DNA of 64,000 nucleotides from Macrostomum lignano (Eukaryota): NCBI GenBank assembly GCA_002269645.1, contig NIVC01002397.1, positions 24,264 to 88,263 of the forward strand, read 5' to 3'. Shown piece by piece: positions 60,405 to 64,000 of this stretch (position 1 is its first letter; each line of letters starts with the position of its first letter). The notes under the pieces were generated by a model. It saw only the letters and a program-made list of their open reading frames with translations, ran no database searches and was not told where the DNA came from. The position numbers and the translations under genes were made by a program.

Positions 60405-60452
60405 GAGTCAATGTTGTCAATGTCAATGTCAATGTCAATGTTGTCAATGTTG
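60405..60452. repeat. (GTCAAT)n-type microsatellite
   Basis: TGTCAATGTCAATGTCAATG units. Confidence 0.8.
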
Positions 60453-61124
60453 TGTGTCGCGTTTTAGAACTCTTTCTTAATTCAAAATGCACACTAGCTC
60501 TATGTACACGTGACACTGTACATTGCATGAATCAATATTTCAACCCGCTTCACTTGACAATATATATAGTCTGACTTTGGCCAACTTGGGCCTCAAGAGT
60601 TTTGTCGTGCCTAAATGTCTCGCTTGTTCCTACTTAACAGCAGTGTGTGCTTGAGTATTTGGATATAGTTTAATGATGATACAGCTAATATAAAGTTAGA
60701 TGGTCTCTAACTTACGTGAGCTGTGGCAAGAAAGCATGAATTCTAAATTGCAAATTACCTGTTGAAGCTGCAGTCTGCATCAGTCCTATGTATTCGAAGA
60801 TTCTGACTGATGCAGACCATGTGCTCAGAGTTGACTGTTGCCGACCCGCAGTGTCCCGAACACACGGGACATCAATCAGGACTGAACCTCGGTTAGAATA
60901 CAGGAAAACTTTATTCAATTTGAATCTTGCAAGAACTAAAACAAAAGTAGCAAGCATGCCGTTTCAATTTCACTGTCAAAGTTCAGTAAGGGTATGATAA
61001 AAAACATTTTCCACGTAACATAAACAGTGAAAATTAGATTCATAAACTTTATTATACGATCTGTCTCTCCTTCATCTCCGACTGATCGGTGACTAGCGGA
61101 TTCATACATCGCTGCACCTCGCTA

Positions 61125-61705
61125 CATCCTGCTAGCTCCCTGCATCTCTGCTAGCTCGCTGCATCTCTGCTAGCTCCCTGCATCTCTGCTAGCTCCCTGC
61201 ATCTCTGCTAGCTCCCTGCATCCCTGCTAGCTCCCTGCATCTCTGCTAGCTCGCTGCATCTCTGCTAGCTCCCTGCATCTCTGCTAGCTCGCTGCATCTC
61301 TGCTAGCTCCCTGCATCTCTGCTAGCTCCCTGAATCTCTGCTAGCTCCCTGCATCCCTGCTAGCTCCCTGCATCTCTGCTAGCTCGCTGCATCTCTGCTA
61401 GCTCCCTGCATCTCTGCTAGCTCCCTGCATCTCTGCTAGCTCGCTGCATCTCTGCTAGCTCCCTGCATCTCTGCTAGCTCCCTGAATCCCTGCTAGCTCC
61501 CTGCATCCCTGTATCCCTCCTAGCTCCCTGCATCCCTCCTAGCTCCCTGTATCCCTCCTAGCTCCCTGTATCCCTCCTAGCTCCCTGCATCCCTCCTAGC
61601 TCCATGTATCCCTCCTAGCTCCCTGCATCCCTCCTAGCTCCCTGTATCCCTCCTAGCTCCCTGCATCCCTCCTAGCTCCCTGCATCCCTCCTAGCTCCCT
61701 GCATC
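61125..61705. repeat. 19-bp tandem repeat (CTAGCTCCCTGCATCTCTG), inverted homologue of 59055-59625
   Basis: The reverse complement CAGAGATGCAGGGAGCTAG shares the CAGAGATGCAGGGAG core. Confidence 0.93.
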
Positions 61706-62326
61706 CCTTCCGTCCCGCTTTATCAAGCAGTATGGAAGGGCGCAGATGCGAGCAGGAAGGCAGCTGCAGTCGAGCGGCCTTGGCATGCACCGAAAGCAGA
61801 CATTGAAGGACAGATGAACACACATTTTTCCGCTCGTCTAAAAAAACCTCCGACAATTCTCCGGTAGGAAAAAAGGACGAGCGGCTACGGACAAAGAAGT
61901 GTATTTAGTGTATTTAGTGATAAGAACTTAGTGAGTAGTAGATTTCGAGTCACATAACTCTAAGGTGCTACACCACAATGTTCCCGTCACCAGAAGTATA
62001 GTGCAAATATCTTCAAATTAACATCTTTGACGTTGACATTTGAAAAAATTGTTGAAAAATATTAATATAAAAGAACGAACTAATTAAATTCATCATGTCT
62101 ACCTTATAATCCTACCCAGACTATATTGTCTAGGCACAAATACAAATTCTATTTATCTTTAATGGTCTACTGGTCGCTATCACAGCCTCCCTAGCACTAC
62201 AAGCGTAAGCTTTTGTATCAGAAGAAAAGCGTTAAGGTTCAAAAGAATAAGCAGCATTAATCAGTGACCATCCAAGTTAAAACATGACTGGCCAAATCCC
62301 ATTTCAACAAGCGGTTTCTGTGGCAT

Positions 62327-63228
62327 CAGGTGTCCAAGTTGCAGGTGGCTGAGTCCGACTCCAGCAGGACGGACACAAAGCCCTGGTCGCCGGTCCAGGT
62401 GCCGCCGAACACGCAGCCGCCGTTGCAGAAGGAGCCGCCGCCGCCGCCGCTGTGGCCGAAGCCCAGTCCGGCTCCGCCACCGCTGAAGCCGCCACCACCT
62501 CCAGCCGTTCCGTTAAGTGGGCTGGTCCTGCTGCCGCCTCCGCCGCCTCCGCCGAAGCCTCCGTCGCAGACGCTGCCGTCTCCGGCGCTGCCGCCGACCC
62601 AGCCGTTGGCCAGACTGCCGCCTCTCTCTCCGTCCGAGGAGCTCCGCCTGGGGCTGACGGCCCTGCCGAGCCAGCCGGCGCCGCAGCCGCCGTGGTTGCT
62701 ATGGCTTGGGGTTCCAGAGGGGCTGTTGGAGCCCGGATTACCGTTGGTGCCGCCAATCCAGCCAGGGTAGTGCCGGCACCAAGACTGTCAGAACCGTTTA
62801 TCCCAGTCTCTCCCTGTTGTCCTACGGTATAATCAAGCAAGCTGCTTATCAGTGGCTTTTCGGTTCATAATTTACATATTTTTAGCAAAATGCAGCCACT
62901 GAGCTCACCGTTTCTACTAAAGGAAGCTCCGCCGCCTCCGCCGGCAGCCAGCAGCAGCAGCTGGTCGACCGTCCGGTACACAAAGCTGCCGCCCCCTCCG
63001 CCGCCTCCTTCTAAATCCAAGGAGGTCGAGCCGCCCATCTGACCCACAACGATGCTCAGCTGTGTGCCGGCTGTCAGGTTGACTCTGGCGCTCACCTGGG
63101 CTCCCTGGCCTCCGGTGTGTTCCTCAGTAAGTTGTGGCCACCTCTGGCGCCGGCAGCTTTGATCAGGTAGCAGCCGGTCGTGTTGATGAGGACGCTTTGG
63201 ATTGAGCCGTTTCTACCTGTGCTGCTGT
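62327..63228 (-). pseudogene. ALK/LTK-type glycine-rich domain gene, copy 2; exons 63228-~62908 and ~62821-62327, 1-bp frameshift near 62755, upstream PAN exon not found in window
   Basis: Near-identical to copy 1 exons 2-3. GGA TT GGC here versus GGA TTC GGC in copy 1 shifts the frame. Homology stops near 63295. Confidence 0.75.
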
Positions 63229-64000
63229 CTGCAACGGAGCAGCGTCAGCGAGTTACAGAACTGGAGTGAGTGCAATTTTTGTCTGTGCCAGAATCGTAGT
63301 TGCGTTGGTTTGTGACTAGTTCTAACCTGTGACTATCCAGTTTTAAATCCCAATCTTCGGCCCTGCCAGTGTCGCCCTGCATGCGTTCTCTCTTCCACTT
63401 GTCCACGCTGTATGGACTGCTTGGCTCTGTGTGCCTTGAGTGGTGGCCTGGTGGGGGCGGGCTTTAGCCTCGGCGTCGTCGTTCCTTGTATTTGCATCTC
63501 GCTATGTTTACTCAGTGCTTTGGATGTCTGTATGAGCTCAAAACTTTAGCTGTAAATTTTCGATTTGCCGTCATATCTGATATCGACCGGTTAAAAATGG
63601 CCCAAGTTCTCACGGCTCTGAGAGACAATGGCCTGCCGGCTTTCGGTAAATAAACAAGAGCTTATTAAACGGCTTGATATGATGCAGAAGGAGACACAAC
63701 AGAAAAGCAGCGATAAATCAGCTGCTGAACGAGGAAGAATCCGAGATATTCAACCGACAACATCGCCCAGACTTATTAGCGAGATTCAGAAAACTGGATG
63801 GTGGATTCGAGCTGCAACTCCGGGGCAGGAAATCGGACTGCATACCGCTGCCACAGCTGTAGATTTCAACCCGATTTTAACACTTTTTGGTCTGCTTTCA
63901 GCGAAGATGCGGCCGGCTCGACGTCTTCTGCTCATCTCGCATTGGATCGCTGCAAACTCCAGAATAATGCTGCAGCTGCTAGACCCAACCAGCTCGTCTC

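Larger units (their letters stand above)
57140..63295. repeat. Diverged inverted duplication: arms ~57140-59810 and ~60755-63295, spacer ~950 bp
   Basis: The Gly-rich exons and intron, the block at 58450-58720 vs 61710-61950, the 19-bp satellites, and the block at 59680-59810 vs 60755-60875 all match as reverse complements in mirror order. Confidence 0.92.

Overview
This is animal (eukaryotic) genomic DNA with spliced genes and a very high density of tandem repeats. It resembles a flatworm such as Macrostomum, but that is an inference from style only. 1-20 kb: two housekeeping genes on +, a tRNA dimethylallyltransferase (TRIT1/MOD5, 4 exons) and a pecanex-family gene (6 exons, ~2159 aa); every intron of both carries its own satellite. 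21-23 kb: a decayed non-LTR reverse transcriptase (RT) and a broken WSC-domain gene. 24-42 kb is the most interesting block: two diverged copies of a head-to-head module. Each copy has an unannotated ~415-435 aa single-ORF protein on - (ORF-X1, ORF-X2) facing multi-exon ankyrin genes on +, which end in atypical 33-aa helical repeats. ORF-X1 and ORF-X2 share G-x4-E ... D ... VSVKS and HxCxC-x2/3-C motifs, suggestive of a PD-(D/E)xK nuclease with a metal site. 42-64 kb: an M12B metalloprotease, CORE-type SINEs, a coiled-coil gene, a PAN + F-type lectin, and a ~6 kb inverted duplication carrying two secreted ALK/LTK-type glycine-rich-domain genes. Several 1-bp frameshifts lie in homopolymers and may be assembly errors. 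All family assignments come from motif recognition by eye; no database searches were run.
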